Of a stretch of DNA of 64,000 nucleotides, positions 7,906-15,241 are shown piece by piece; the stretch's first letter is position 1; each line of letters begins with the position of its first letter. A program made the translations under genes and the position numbers. The notes below the pieces were generated by a model that ran no database searches, had not been told where the DNA came from, and was given only the letters and a program-made list of their open reading frames with translations. The stretch covers positions 1-64,000 of the IMG/VR virus record IMGVR_UViG_3300045600_000078; one strand, written 5' to 3'. Origin of the DNA: a virus.

Positions 7906-8184
7906 ATGTTTGAGTCTGCTAAGAACTGCGGATCCATGTTCGTTGCCGGTCTTAAGAATGACGATGCTGATCTGCATGAGCAGAAGTCAACTCCTCAGAA
8001 CAACGCCGCTTGGATCGTTGGCAAATCCGTTCGTGTGATCGGTATTGGCACGGTCGGGCTGGCTTGTCTGATGGGTTGCGTCTGGGAGCACAGGTGGCTC
8101 AACGGCAAGACTAAGTTTTACGACAGCGATTTGGACAAGTGGTTCGACTACAAGTCTTATGGCGAGTATCTTAGCAAGGAGTAG
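7906..8184 (+). CDS. Small single-pass membrane protein (92 aa)
   Basis: RBS AAAGGAAG; TM VIGIGTVGLACLMGCVW. Confidence 0.55.
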   Translation: MFESAKNCGSMFVAGLKNDDADLHEQKSTPQNNAAWIVGKSVRVIGIGTVGLACLMGCVWEHRWLNGKTKFYDSDLDKWFDYKSYGEYLSKE

Positions 8185-8195
8185 CCCCCTAAAAA

Positions 8196-8233
8196 GGTAA
8201 GAAGTCTAACAAGGCTTCTTGCCTTTTATATTT
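8196..8233 (+). terminator. Terminator hairpin, conserved-loop class
   Basis: GGTAAGAAG [TCTAACAAGG] CTTCTTGCC followed by TTTTATATTT. Confidence 0.65.
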
Positions 8234-8262
8234 ATTACAAAATTAGCACCCCCTATAATGGA
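8234..8262 (+). promoter_or_regulatory. Tripartite promoter-like motif, copy 6 (degenerate upstream half)
   Basis: ATTACA aaattag CAC cccc TATAAT GGA. Confidence 0.35.
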
Positions 8263-8287
8263 AGTAACTATTAAGAAAGGAGTTATT

Positions 8288-8455
8288 GTGAACAAGATCG
8301 AGTATTATACTATCCGTGTTTTGGCCGCTATTTTTGGGGGTAGCATTTACGGATATTTTCGAGGAATCTCAGAAGTTCTGACGATCTATCCACAAAAGAA
8401 CGGTAATGCTCAGATAATTAAAACAGATGATGCGTCAATAGATTCTAATAAATAG
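8288..8455 (+). CDS. Small membrane protein (55 aa, GTG start)
   Basis: AAAGGAG 5 nt upstream of the GTG; TM IRVLAAIFGGSIYGYF. Confidence 0.45.
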   Translation: MNKIEYYTIRVLAAIFGGSIYGYFRGISEVLTIYPQKNGNAQIIKTDDASIDSNK

Positions 8456-8465
8456 TTACTTTAAA

Positions 8466-8497
8466 ACTAAGAAGTTAACATTCCTTCTTAGTTTTTG
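8466..8497 (+). terminator. Terminator hairpin (loop TTAACATTC)
   Basis: ACTAAGAAG [TTAACATTC] CTTCTTAGT followed by TTTT. Confidence 0.6.
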
Positions 8498-8526
8498 CAT
8501 CCTTGCAACAAGTCTATTTATATTTA

Positions 8527-8555
8527 TTCGCGTCGTTTGCATTCCATCATATGAG
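8527..8555 (+). promoter_or_regulatory. Tripartite promoter-like motif, copy 7 (drives the non-coding cassette)
   Basis: TTCGCG tcgtttg CAT tcca TCATAT GAG. Confidence 0.45.
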
Positions 8556-8765
8556 AGGAAGAGGTGGGTGAAAAGGCTGTTTACAGCTGAATGTAACCAA
8601 CATAAACTAGTAATAGTAATCGTCTAATGGTAGGACACCGGGTAACCGGAGACGCAGTAGCTTAGTCTGAAAAACGAAAAGCGCCTAGTTTTGTGTGGAG
8701 ATGACTTCGGTTTGAACTGTGCTTAATTAGGAGAAGTTCGAAGCCTGCATCCTCTCTTATTTTTT
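8556..8765 (+). ncRNA. Candidate ~200-nt structured non-coding RNA containing a tRNA-Glu-derived D-arm block
   Basis: No ORF between the motif promoter and the U-tract. 5' GAGAGGA pairs with 3' TCCTCTC just before TTATTTTTT. Contains a CCGG-GTAA-CCGG (GNRA) hairpin and a C-TTCG-G hairpin. ATCGTCTAATGGTAGGAC nearly matches the D-arm of the tRNA-Glu at 21315. Confidence 0.45.
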
Positions 8766-8792
8766 CGCATGAACAGCATACTCTATAATGAA
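8764..8792 (+). promoter_or_regulatory. Tripartite promoter-like motif, copy 8
   Basis: TTCGCA tgaacag CAT actc TATAAT GAA. Confidence 0.6.
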
Positions 8793-8820
8793 GGGTTAAC
8801 CACTATGGAGGGGGTTTGCT

Positions 8821-9090
8821 ATGAGCAATTCATCTAACTATGGTTCACGTTTTATTGATGGTCTTACTGATAAGGATTCCAGGACTAAGGATTTCCATAT
8901 TGATGAGTCATTCGGAGAAAGCGCAGCATATACTGCTGGTAGCTGTATTGCAGCTACGACGATTGCTGCGGTTTTTATGATTGGACTTGGAATTATGAGA
9001 TCCTATACTAGGAATAAGTCAAAGAAGGACAACAATGAACAAGTAACTGAGAAGAATGATAGTTCTAAAGAATCTAATTCTGAAAACTAA
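8821..9090 (+). CDS. Small single-pass membrane protein (89 aa)
   Basis: RBS GGAGGGGG; TM CIAATTIAAVFMIGLGIM. Confidence 0.55.
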   Translation: MSNSSNYGSRFIDGLTDKDSRTKDFHIDESFGESAAYTAGSCIAATTIAAVFMIGLGIMRSYTRNKSKKDNNEQVTEKNDSSKESNSEN

Positions 9091-9100
9091 TCCTTCAAAG

Positions 9101-9131
9101 TCTAGAGGTCTAACAAGGCTTCTAGATTTTT
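9101..9131 (+). terminator. Terminator hairpin, conserved-loop class
   Basis: TCTAGAGGTC [TAACAA] GGCTTCTAGA followed by TTTTT (two G.U pairs). Confidence 0.65.
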
Positions 9132-9158
9132 CGCATATTTGGCATCCCCTATAACGAA
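9130..9158 (+). promoter_or_regulatory. Tripartite promoter-like motif, copy 9
   Basis: TTCGCA tatttgg CAT cccc TATAAC GAA. Confidence 0.55.
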
Positions 9159-9181
9159 GAGGGGAATGAAAGGAGATTCTC

Positions 9182-9421
9182 ATGTCTGAATCTTTTGATG
9201 AAGCAAAGCAGAAGGTTAAGGACTTTTATCTTAATCATAAGAACGCTGTCAAGTTTGGTCTTATCGGAACTGGTCTGGCTGCATTTGGTTCGGCAATGTT
9301 TGTTGCCGGAAAACATAATCAGACAGATATGTTCGGTGACCTCGATGATGTCGTTGCTTTTGGTGATGGAGAGCCGACCACTATGGGGCATCTGAAGGAG
9401 CTTTATACTAACGAGAAGTAA
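9182..9421 (+). CDS. Small single-pass membrane protein (79 aa)
   Basis: RBS AAAGGAG; TM FGLIGTGLAAFGSAMFVAG. Confidence 0.55.
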   Translation: MSESFDEAKQKVKDFYLNHKNAVKFGLIGTGLAAFGSAMFVAGKHNQTDMFGDLDDVVAFGDGEPTTMGHLKELYTNEK

Positions 9422-9462
9422 CTATTAAACTCCCCCTCTTCTTTTTCAAACCATATTTCTCA

Positions 9463-9491
9463 ATCGCGCACTTTACATGCTCTATAATGAG
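9463..9491 (+). promoter_or_regulatory. Tripartite promoter-like motif, copy 10
   Basis: ATCGCG cacttta CAT gctc TATAAT GAG. Confidence 0.55.
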
Positions 9492-9518
9492 AAGTAAACC
9501 ACGACAAAGGAGAAAATT

Positions 9519-9620
9519 ATGGTTGTTGCACTGTTTGCGTTTATTGTCTCTACTGCTGTTGCACTGTTTGTTTGCTACACCGACGTTCACGTCGAGGGCT
9601 ATAACAGTGTGGAGTATTAA
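9519..9620 (+). CDS. Micro membrane protein (33 aa, not in ORF track)
   Basis: Own translation MVVALFAFIVSTAVALFVCYTDVHVEGYNSVEY. RBS AAAGGAG 7 nt upstream. The antisense ORF 9408..9635 in the track is rejected. Confidence 0.45.
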   Translation: MVVALFAFIVSTAVALFVCYTDVHVEGYNSVEY

Positions 9621-9676
9621 GAGGCGATAACGCAAGAAGTATCCAACTGATATTTTAGATGGCTACTTCTACGAAA

Positions 9677-9715
9677 GAAGTCAGGAGTTCTAACAAGGAC
9701 TCTTGGCTTCTTTTT
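9677..9715 (+). terminator. Terminator hairpin, conserved-loop class
   Basis: GAAGTCAGGAGT [TCTAACAAGG] ACTCTTGGCTTC followed by TTTTT. Confidence 0.65.
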
Positions 9716-9716
9716 A

Positions 9717-9745
9717 TTCGCAGTTTCTACATGTACTATAATGAC
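9717..9745 (+). promoter_or_regulatory. Tripartite promoter-like motif, copy 11
   Basis: TTCGCA gtttcta CAT gtac TATAAT GAC. Confidence 0.6.
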
Positions 9746-9771
9746 AGGGAAACTACGACAAAGGAGTTGCT

Positions 9772-9933
9772 ATGTTTGAGACGTCGATTGAGGATATTGC
9801 CGCAGCTATGAACGAGTCCAATGAGGATGAACTATTTGCCAACGAAAACGTTGACAATTCTGATTCTCCTAGGATTATGTCATTCAGCTTCGGTAATTCT
9901 GATTTCTATTCTCAGAGGTACTACGAGTGCTAG
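9772..9933 (+). CDS. Small acidic protein (53 aa, not in ORF track)
   Basis: Own translation MFETSIEDIAAAMNESNEDELFANENVDNSDSPRIMSFSFGNSDFYSQRYYEC; RBS AAAGGAG. Confidence 0.45.
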   Translation: MFETSIEDIAAAMNESNEDELFANENVDNSDSPRIMSFSFGNSDFYSQRYYEC

Positions 9934-9948
9934 TGACCAAGGTCAAAA

Positions 9949-9985
9949 GGTAAGAAGTCTACAAGGCTTCTCACCTTTTATATTT
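9949..9985 (+). terminator. Terminator hairpin, conserved-loop class
   Basis: GGTAAGAAG [TCTACAAGG] CTTCTCACC followed by TTTTATATTT. Confidence 0.6.
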
Positions 9986-10012
9986 CGCACACATAGCATC
10001 GTCTATAATGAG
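9984..10012 (+). promoter_or_regulatory. Tripartite promoter-like motif, copy 12
   Basis: TTCGCA cacatag CAT cgtc TATAAT GAG. Confidence 0.6.
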
Positions 10013-10040
10013 GGTAAAATGTCGAATAGAAAGGAGTACT

Positions 10041-10235
10041 ATGTCACTTTGGATTACATTTTGTATCACAACGATTGCTTGTCTTTATTTAGCCAATAAG
10101 ATCTTTGCTTCGCCAACACCGAAACAAAAACCAATGGAGAAAGAAGAGGCCAGTTATGAAATTCCGATCACAGTAACTGATCCAATAACAGGCATAGAAA
10201 CAAAAACATTTGGGCATGTTATTCCTCACAAATAA
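10041..10235 (+). CDS. Small N-terminally anchored or secreted protein (64 aa)
   Basis: RBS AAAGGAG 6 nt upstream of the internal ATG; TM LWITFCITTIACLYLA. Confidence 0.5.
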   Translation: MSLWITFCITTIACLYLANKIFASPTPKQKPMEKEEASYEIPITVTDPITGIETKTFGHVIPHK

Positions 10236-10240
10236 AAAGA

Positions 10241-10280
10241 GGTCAGAGATCTAAACAAGGTCTCTGGCCTTTTATATTTT
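10241..10280 (+). terminator. Terminator hairpin, conserved-loop class
   Basis: GGTCAGAGA [TCTAAACAAGG] TCTCTGGCC followed by TTTTATATTTT. Confidence 0.65.
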
Positions 10281-10307
10281 CGCAGAAGCGACATCCTCTC
10301 TATCGAG
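10279..10307 (+). promoter_or_regulatory. Tripartite promoter-like motif, copy 13 (weak -10-like box)
   Basis: TTCGCA gaagcga CAT cctc TCTATC GAG. Confidence 0.4.
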
Positions 10308-10353
10308 AGTATTAAGTTTGGCAGATACAGAACTGTCATATTTAGAGAGTCAC

Positions 10354-10388
10354 TAACAATGATTCTAAGTTTTTTTTATTTCGTATAA
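10354..10388 (+). terminator. Leader hairpin + T8 run between promoter copy 13 and gene 10398
   Basis: AGAGTC [ACTAACAAT] GATTCT followed by AAGTTTTTTTT. Confidence 0.4.
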
Positions 10389-10397
10389 GGAGACGCT

Positions 10398-10637
10398 ATG
10401 AATACCAATGATACTAATATTGAAGAACTTAATATTTCAGAAATAGATCAGTCTGGAAAGAAGGTTATTTCAGAAAGTCTAGATAAGCTTGACGAAGCTT
10501 TTAAGACTCTTCAAATCGACGTCAATGTACTCAAGAATGAGTATCCGGGGAACGAGAAGCTTTCGAATGATCTTGACACTACTAAGATGTGGTATAAGTT
10601 TATAAAATTAGTTATACTTGAAAAAGTGCTCAATTAG
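10398..10637 (+). CDS. Hypothetical protein (79 aa)
   Basis: RBS AAGGAG 6 nt upstream. Confidence 0.5.
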   Translation: MNTNDTNIEELNISEIDQSGKKVISESLDKLDEAFKTLQIDVNVLKNEYPGNEKLSNDLDTTKMWYKFIKLVILEKVLN

Positions 10638-10653
10638 ACTGAAGCGATTAATA

Positions 10654-10857
10654 ATGAAAACATGCAAAACCTGTGATTATTGGTTTAAAGAGCATAAGAA
10701 GAAAGGCGAATGTCATAGAGATTCACCTATGATTTACAATATCTCAGATTCCATATGTACTTTTTGGCCAAAGACAAGGTCATCAAATGGCTGTGGCCAG
10801 TGGACTGAACAAGAGAAAAAAGAGGATAAAAAATCACATCATATAGGATTCAATTAA
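10654..10857 (+). CDS. Cys-rich small protein, paralog of 23177..23452
   Basis: CKTCDYW..GECHRDSP..FWPKTRSSNGCGQW compared with CGFCLFC..GNCHRYPP..RPSVYLTDWCGEF. Confidence 0.45.
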   Translation: MKTCKTCDYWFKEHKKKGECHRDSPMIYNISDSICTFWPKTRSSNGCGQWTEQEKKEDKKSHHIGFN

Positions 10858-10869
10858 ACGGAGCTAACA

Positions 10870-11439
10870 ATGAGCAAGACATTTGGTGAACGAATTCGTG
10901 AAATTACCTCGGAAGAAAAATATCCGAAACAAATTGATATTTCAGACGATTTGCTAAATCTGGATGTTGATGACTTTTCTGATGGGTATCATACATTCAA
11001 TCAATTGTATGATACAAGAGCAAAGCTATTTGCTGTTATCTGTAATACTTATAAGGATCTTGCTTGGAAGTCAAAGAAGCATTATTCCGACAAGGACCCT
11101 ATGTATGATGGTATGTTTATAGTCGGAATTGAAACACCGCTTGGCCCGGCAGCATACCACTTTGATATTGACCCTTATTGGGATATTTTTAGAGTTCAAG
11201 AGCTTGATCGAGGATTATATTATGACGGGCATACTCCTCGCACAGGCATTGACCGTATTCTTTCTATATCTGGAGTATTAGTTCCCCCAATTGAATCTGA
11301 TACTATAGACATTGTTTTTAATAAAAATTCAGCACGTCAGATTCGATATTATGAAACGTTAGATTATATTAAACCTAAAAAGAAGGAAACTGAAAACAAT
11401 GAACACGAAGCCGAGTCTTTGGACGAAGGAACAGAGTGA
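10870..11439 (+). CDS. Hypothetical protein (189 aa)
   Basis: RBS ACGGAG; long ORF with no recognised motif. Confidence 0.6.
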   Translation: MSKTFGERIREITSEEKYPKQIDISDDLLNLDVDDFSDGYHTFNQLYDTRAKLFAVICNTYKDLAWKSKKHYSDKDPMYDGMFIVGIETPLGPAAYHFDIDPYWDIFRVQELDRGLYYDGHTPRTGIDRILSISGVLVPPIESDTIDIVFNKNSARQIRYYETLDYIKPKKKETENNEHEAESLDEGTE

Positions 11440-11650
11440 TAACAATCTGGCCATGCGGTTTACAATAAATCGGTCACTCTCAAAAGCATATCGTTCTACG
11501 TTTGTTACTTTTATCAAGAGTATTCCTGGCTACGTCTATAGTGAACTGGATTTCTATCTTTCTGTGACTGACTGGTTTGAGAATGGCTGGTCATATTTGT
11601 GCACGTATCAACAGTGGCTTGATAGAAATTTCCAGAGTATCGTCGCGTAG
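11399..11650 (+). CDS. Hypothetical protein; start uncertain (alternative ATG 11453)
   Basis: ORF overlaps the upstream gene by 41 nt; no clear RBS. Confidence 0.3.
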   Translation: MNTKPSLWTKEQSDNNLAMRFTINRSLSKAYRSTFVTFIKSIPGYVYSELDFYLSVTDWFENGWSYLCTYQQWLDRNFQSIVA

Positions 11651-11670
11651 TTTACATACCTTATAGTGAG
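11642..11670 (+). promoter_or_regulatory. Tripartite promoter-like motif, copy 14
   Basis: GTCGCG tagttta CAT acct TATAGT GAG. Confidence 0.5.
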
Positions 11671-11698
11671 AGGGAAACCACTATTAAGGAGTATTATC

Positions 11699-11968
11699 AT
11701 GTTTGTTTATTCTATGTTTGGTCATATTTTTGCTTATGGTGTCAAGATTTTCGGGTATAACGGGTATATGACGCTTTATACTCCGCTCATGCTGATTGTT
11801 GTTGCAGTTGCTGGTATCATCTTTGGATTGATGATTGCCTATGCTATCTGTGACATCAAGAAGGGTATTGCGGAAGATGAGGCTCAAGAACTCGAGCACG
11901 AAAAGATGAACAAGCAAATTAAGGATCTTATCACTGAGAACAATAATCTTAAGAATCTTATCAGGTAA
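11699..11968 (+). CDS. Membrane protein with C-terminal coiled coil (89 aa)
   Basis: RBS AAGGAG; TM LMLIVVAVAGIIFGLMIAYAI. Confidence 0.5.
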   Translation: MFVYSMFGHIFAYGVKIFGYNGYMTLYTPLMLIVVAVAGIIFGLMIAYAICDIKKGIAEDEAQELEHEKMNKQIKDLITENNNLKNLIR

Positions 11969-11981
11969 TTTCCCCTCTCAG

Positions 11982-12017
11982 GGCAGGAGTCCACACGGAC
12001 TCTTGCCTTTTATTTTT
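11982..12017 (+). terminator. Terminator hairpin (loop CACACG)
   Basis: GGCAGGAGTC [CACACG] GACTCTTGCC followed by TTTTATTTTT. Confidence 0.65.
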
Positions 12018-12088
12018 ATAGATTATCTGGATGTATTCCCCCGTTGAATAGTTTATATTTTATAAGATTAATCATAAGGAGAAACATA

Positions 12089-12451
12089 ATGGATGATAAG
12101 ATCGAGCAGACTGTTTCGGTCGACTTGAATGGCCTCGAGCTTACCTATACTCTTGCACCGCACGATTGGTTTAATATCCCGGTTTGTCCCGGCGACAAGA
12201 TGATCGATGAGAATGGCAGGGATGTGTTTGTTGTCTCTGCCGTTGGCCGCCTTAGCGCCGATACCTTCTACGATGGTATTTGCTATGACAGCGATGGCAA
12301 CTTCCGGTTTACGGATGAGTGCATGCACTATACCGATCGGCATAAGCTCGCTTCTTGGTGCCTCGCCCATCCTGACGATTGTGGGGGCTTTGATCGTGAC
12401 CGATACCTCAACGATCATCAGGCGTACATCGAGGAGTGGCAGAATTCCTAG
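12089..12451 (+). CDS. Hypothetical protein, C(Y/P)xGD-domain paralog 1
   Basis: RBS AAGGAG; IPVCPGDKMIDENGRDVFVVSAVG. Confidence 0.55.
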   Translation: MDDKIEQTVSVDLNGLELTYTLAPHDWFNIPVCPGDKMIDENGRDVFVVSAVGRLSADTFYDGICYDSDGNFRFTDECMHYTDRHKLASWCLAHPDDCGGFDRDRYLNDHQAYIEEWQNS

Positions 12452-12492
12452 AGTGATATTTATTATTGCTTTTATTCATTTGGAGGTCTGTA

Positions 12493-12804
12493 ATGACAAA
12501 CCTATATGAGGAGACTAATAAGGCTATTTCCGATTTTGGATACTCTTGGGACGACGTTGTTTGGATCGGAAGCGGTACTTCTAAGTATCCTATTGATGAG
12601 TTTATAGCGAAGGCCAAGGAGACGTACTATGATTCTGGCTTTGGATCGGCTGAAATCGATGCCGATCTCATAGTCGTTTTCAAGGATAGCACATGGCTCT
12701 ATCGAGGCGAGTATGATGGCTCGGAGTGGTGGAATCATACCTCGCTCGTTCCGGATGAGCCGAGCTATACGGCGCATAAGTTTACTTTGAGACAGCAGTG
12801 GTAG
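12493..12804 (+). CDS. Hypothetical protein (103 aa)
   Basis: RBS TGGAGG; motif YRGEYDGSEWWNH. Confidence 0.55.
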   Translation: MTNLYEETNKAISDFGYSWDDVVWIGSGTSKYPIDEFIAKAKETYYDSGFGSAEIDADLIVVFKDSTWLYRGEYDGSEWWNHTSLVPDEPSYTAHKFTLRQQW

Positions 12805-12830
12805 TAAGACATTTACTTTGGAGGATAGGA

Positions 12831-13130
12831 ATGCCCACATCGGAAGAATTATATTCTAATCTCAAAGAATTTGTTGATTTACACAGAATAGTTAATATTA
12901 CTGACCTTGTAGAGCACAAGATGGACTATACTTCGAATCAAGTAACCCTTGCTATTGGAAAACTTAAGAACGAAGGGTACAAATTCTTTACTGAAGACCA
13001 AACAAATGAATACTTCGACATCAACGATAAAAAGTATTCTACCACTAAGCGGAAGGTTTGCTATATTTGTATCGGGTCCGTTGCCGTGAACGATTGCCAA
13101 GACTTTTCTAGTATTCCTATATTTGCATAG
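12831..13130 (+). CDS. Hypothetical protein, possible winged-helix (99 aa)
   Basis: RBS TGGAGG 6 nt upstream of the internal ATG. Confidence 0.5.
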   Translation: MPTSEELYSNLKEFVDLHRIVNITDLVEHKMDYTSNQVTLAIGKLKNEGYKFFTEDQTNEYFDINDKKYSTTKRKVCYICIGSVAVNDCQDFSSIPIFA

Positions 13131-13169
13131 TGTTATGAGGTAATACTACATTTTTGAAAGGAGTCTAGA

Positions 13170-13340
13170 ATGGATACGGATACGTCTAGTGTTAAGAATG
13201 TGGCTGAGGGAGTTAAGAAGACGTTCGATGGAATGTTGGATTATGCAAAGAATAATCCTGAGTCCACCGCTGTCATTGCTCTGGCCTCAGTCACGATTCT
13301 GCATGAGATCGGATATTTCATTCGATCCATTAAGATGTAG
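13170..13340 (+). CDS. Small tail-anchored membrane protein (56 aa, not in ORF track)
   Basis: Own translation MDTDTSSVKNVAEGVKKTFDGMLDYAKNNPESTAVIALASVTILHEIGYFIRSIKM; RBS AAAGGAG. Confidence 0.45.
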   Translation: MDTDTSSVKNVAEGVKKTFDGMLDYAKNNPESTAVIALASVTILHEIGYFIRSIKM

Positions 13341-13353
13341 GTAAGCCTAGAAA

Positions 13354-13395
13354 GGGCAGGGATCTAACAAGGTCTCTGCCCTTTTATATTTTTTA
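13354..13395 (+). terminator. Terminator hairpin, conserved-loop class
   Basis: GGGCAGGGA [TCTAACAAGG] TCTCTGCCC followed by TTTTATATTTTTT. Confidence 0.65.
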
Positions 13396-13415
13396 TTTAT
13401 CTGGCTCCATATTTT

Positions 13416-13444
13416 TTCGCAAAAATAGCATACGTTCTAATGAG
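13416..13444 (+). promoter_or_regulatory. Tripartite promoter-like motif, copy 15
   Basis: TTCGCA aaaatag CAT acgt TCTAAT GAG. Confidence 0.55.
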
Positions 13445-13466
13445 ACGGTTAAGAGAGGAGTTAGCT

Positions 13467-13649
13467 ATGCCTAACGAGAAACTGGAATCTATTAAAGATG
13501 GTATTTGCTCAATCGGAAAAGGAATTCACGAGTACTTATTTGAAGACACGGATCTCACTCGCTACGATTTGTTCATCACAGGATTGATCCTGCTGGACAT
13601 CGCTGCGTTTGCTCCGGGATTCAAGTGCTTGCGATCTGGTAAGAATTAG
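13467..13649 (+). CDS. Small C-terminally anchored membrane protein (60 aa)
   Basis: RBS AGAGGAG; TM LFITGLILLDIAAFAPGF. Confidence 0.5.
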   Translation: MPNEKLESIKDGICSIGKGIHEYLFEDTDLTRYDLFITGLILLDIAAFAPGFKCLRSGKN

Positions 13650-13734
13650 TAAAACCATATTCTAGACGGATTGATGTTTTAGTTATCATATAACTATTCA
13701 ACAAACCGTCTCTATTTTTGTGAATGTTCTTAGT

Positions 13735-13807
13735 GGGCTCTTGGCGCAACGGTTAGCGCGGAGGACTCATAATCCTTAGGTTACAGGTTCAAATCCTGTA
13801 GGGCCCA
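13735..13807 (+). tRNA. tRNA with CAU anticodon (elongator Met or Ile2-lysidine type)
   Basis: Manual cloverleaf: GGGCTCT/AGGGCCC acceptor, GCGC D-stem, anticodon loop CTCATAA, T-arm ACAGG-TTCAAAT-CCTGT. No encoded CCA and no initiator features. Confidence 0.9.
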
Positions 13808-13847
13808 CTAAGGGTATTTTTACAAACTTCTATGAAGAGAGGTTTTT

Positions 13848-14141
13848 ATGAAGATTAAATCTATATTTAATAGACTAGTAAATCATCCGGTGAGTAAGTA
13901 TTGTGATACCCCGGCTTTAGAAAAGCTCGACAAAGCATTCTTGTTTAACGATTCTGAAATTGAGGCCATGGAGTCTCTTTATATTTCTTTGGATCGAATT
14001 GATTGGGACTGCGCCAGGGTACTTTCTGAAAGCCAGTCTGAAGAAGCTAAAGATTTAGCTAAGAAAATTCTATATATTCTTAATGGAAAAGAAGAATCAA
14101 TTCTTCATAACGAAAAAGAAGACCTTTCAATAGACGAATAA
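13848..14141 (+). CDS. Hypothetical protein (97 aa)
   Basis: RBS AGAGAGG. Confidence 0.5.
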   Translation: MKIKSIFNRLVNHPVSKYCDTPALEKLDKAFLFNDSEIEAMESLYISLDRIDWDCARVLSESQSEEAKDLAKKILYILNGKEESILHNEKEDLSIDE

Positions 14142-14261
14142 TTTATAGTTGGTGCCACCTTTCAACATGTGTGGTCAAATGTCCAGTAAGGAGCGACGGT
14201 AGGCCGGACACTACTGAAGCATAGAGGAAACAGCCAACGTTATATTTTAAGGAAGGCAATT

Positions 14262-14708
14262 ATGTCTTATGATGTATTCTCAAAAGATGATCTAAGTTCA
14301 ATTAACAACATGTCAAAAGAAGAGCTTTTAGAAGCCCATAAACGTATTGATGGGGTAGAACATTCTGGAAACGATTTGGAAGCCATTGTAGACAGTTACA
14401 TTTGTCTGGTTAAGGATCTTATTTCCGCGAAAAAAGAGGTAATTGATTTAATAAAGACTGAGCATGGGAGTTTCTCGGTCCCTCTTGATGCGGACGGCAT
14501 TCCTTGCTATCCAGGTGAAGAAATGCGTGACGACGCTGGAAACATATTTGTTTGCCTTGGACTAGGCTTTCAGAACGAAAACCAGCCAGAGATAACTGAG
14601 CTATATTGGCGAGAGAACAATGGATTCGGTAAACTAGTTATTAGCACGGCGGCTATTTGTCATCATATTTCAAATGAGCAAGCTTCTAAAACGGAAGAAC
14701 AAAAGTAA
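14262..14708 (+). CDS. Hypothetical protein, CYxGD-domain paralog 2
   Basis: LDADGIPCYPGEEMRDDAGNIFVCLGLG; RBS AAGGAAGG. Confidence 0.55.
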   Translation: MSYDVFSKDDLSSINNMSKEELLEAHKRIDGVEHSGNDLEAIVDSYICLVKDLISAKKEVIDLIKTEHGSFSVPLDADGIPCYPGEEMRDDAGNIFVCLGLGFQNENQPEITELYWRENNGFGKLVISTAAICHHISNEQASKTEEQK

Positions 14709-14734
14709 TAAAAACAGGGCAAGGGGAGCTTTTT

Positions 14735-15241
14735 ATGGATATTCTAGATGCCGATGGTGTATCATGCTATATTGGTGATTCAGTATTTACCGATGACGGC
14801 GAAGAATTTGATATTTCAGAAATATTTATTAGAGATCGTAGACCAACGTCTATTCGATCTAAGAACGGAAAAATTAAAGCAAACGCAGATACCGTGCACC
14901 ACATGTCAAAGGGCATGAGAATTCTATATTTGTCTCCGTTAGACTATCTTTCTCTTAGCGAAGAAGACCAACGTCAATTTACTGATGATGTCCAGGAAGC
15001 TTATGATAAAATCGCAGATCGATATTTCGGGATCGATGATTCGTTACAGGAATCGACTAAACAAATAGCCAAACCTCCTGCGGAAGATAAATCAAATAAA
15101 AGTCGTTCTGATAAACTGAAGGATCGCAATGCTGAGATTGTTAAAGACTATGCTGAAGGATATTCTTACGCGGAGCTCATGAAAAAGTATTCTCTTTCTG
15201 AGCCATCTATTAGCACTATTATTAGAAAGGCACAACAATGA
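14735..15241 (+). CDS. CYxGD-domain paralog 3 with C-terminal HTH
   Basis: LDADGVSCYIGDSVFTDDGEEFDISEIF; C-terminus YSYAELMKKYSLSEPSISTIIRKA resembles sigma-r4/HTH. Confidence 0.55.
   Translation: MDILDADGVSCYIGDSVFTDDGEEFDISEIFIRDRRPTSIRSKNGKIKANADTVHHMSKGMRILYLSPLDYLSLSEEDQRQFTDDVQEAYDKIADRYFGIDDSLQESTKQIAKPPAEDKSNKSRSDKLKDRNAEIVKDYAEGYSYAELMKKYSLSEPSISTIIRKAQQ

Noticed and set aside
8600-8660. A sixth tRNA gene
   Set aside because: Only the D-arm matches a tRNA. The would-be anticodon arm is a 4-bp stem with a GTAA tetraloop, and no T-arm or acceptor pairing can be drawn. I treat it as part of a candidate ncRNA.
7319-10388. Possible CRISPR array, given regularly spaced conserved ~29-nt motifs
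   Set aside because: Spacing is 240-390 bp, not 25-40 bp. The intervening segments contain an RBS and ORFs. The repeats are degenerate and have no palindromic CRISPR-repeat character. There are no cas genes.
13121-13140. Additional promoter-motif copy upstream of gene 13170 (also one at ~27687-27712)
   Set aside because: Only the GAG-proximal half matches loosely. The TTCGCR and CAT blocks are missing or out of register, so these were not counted among the 20 copies.
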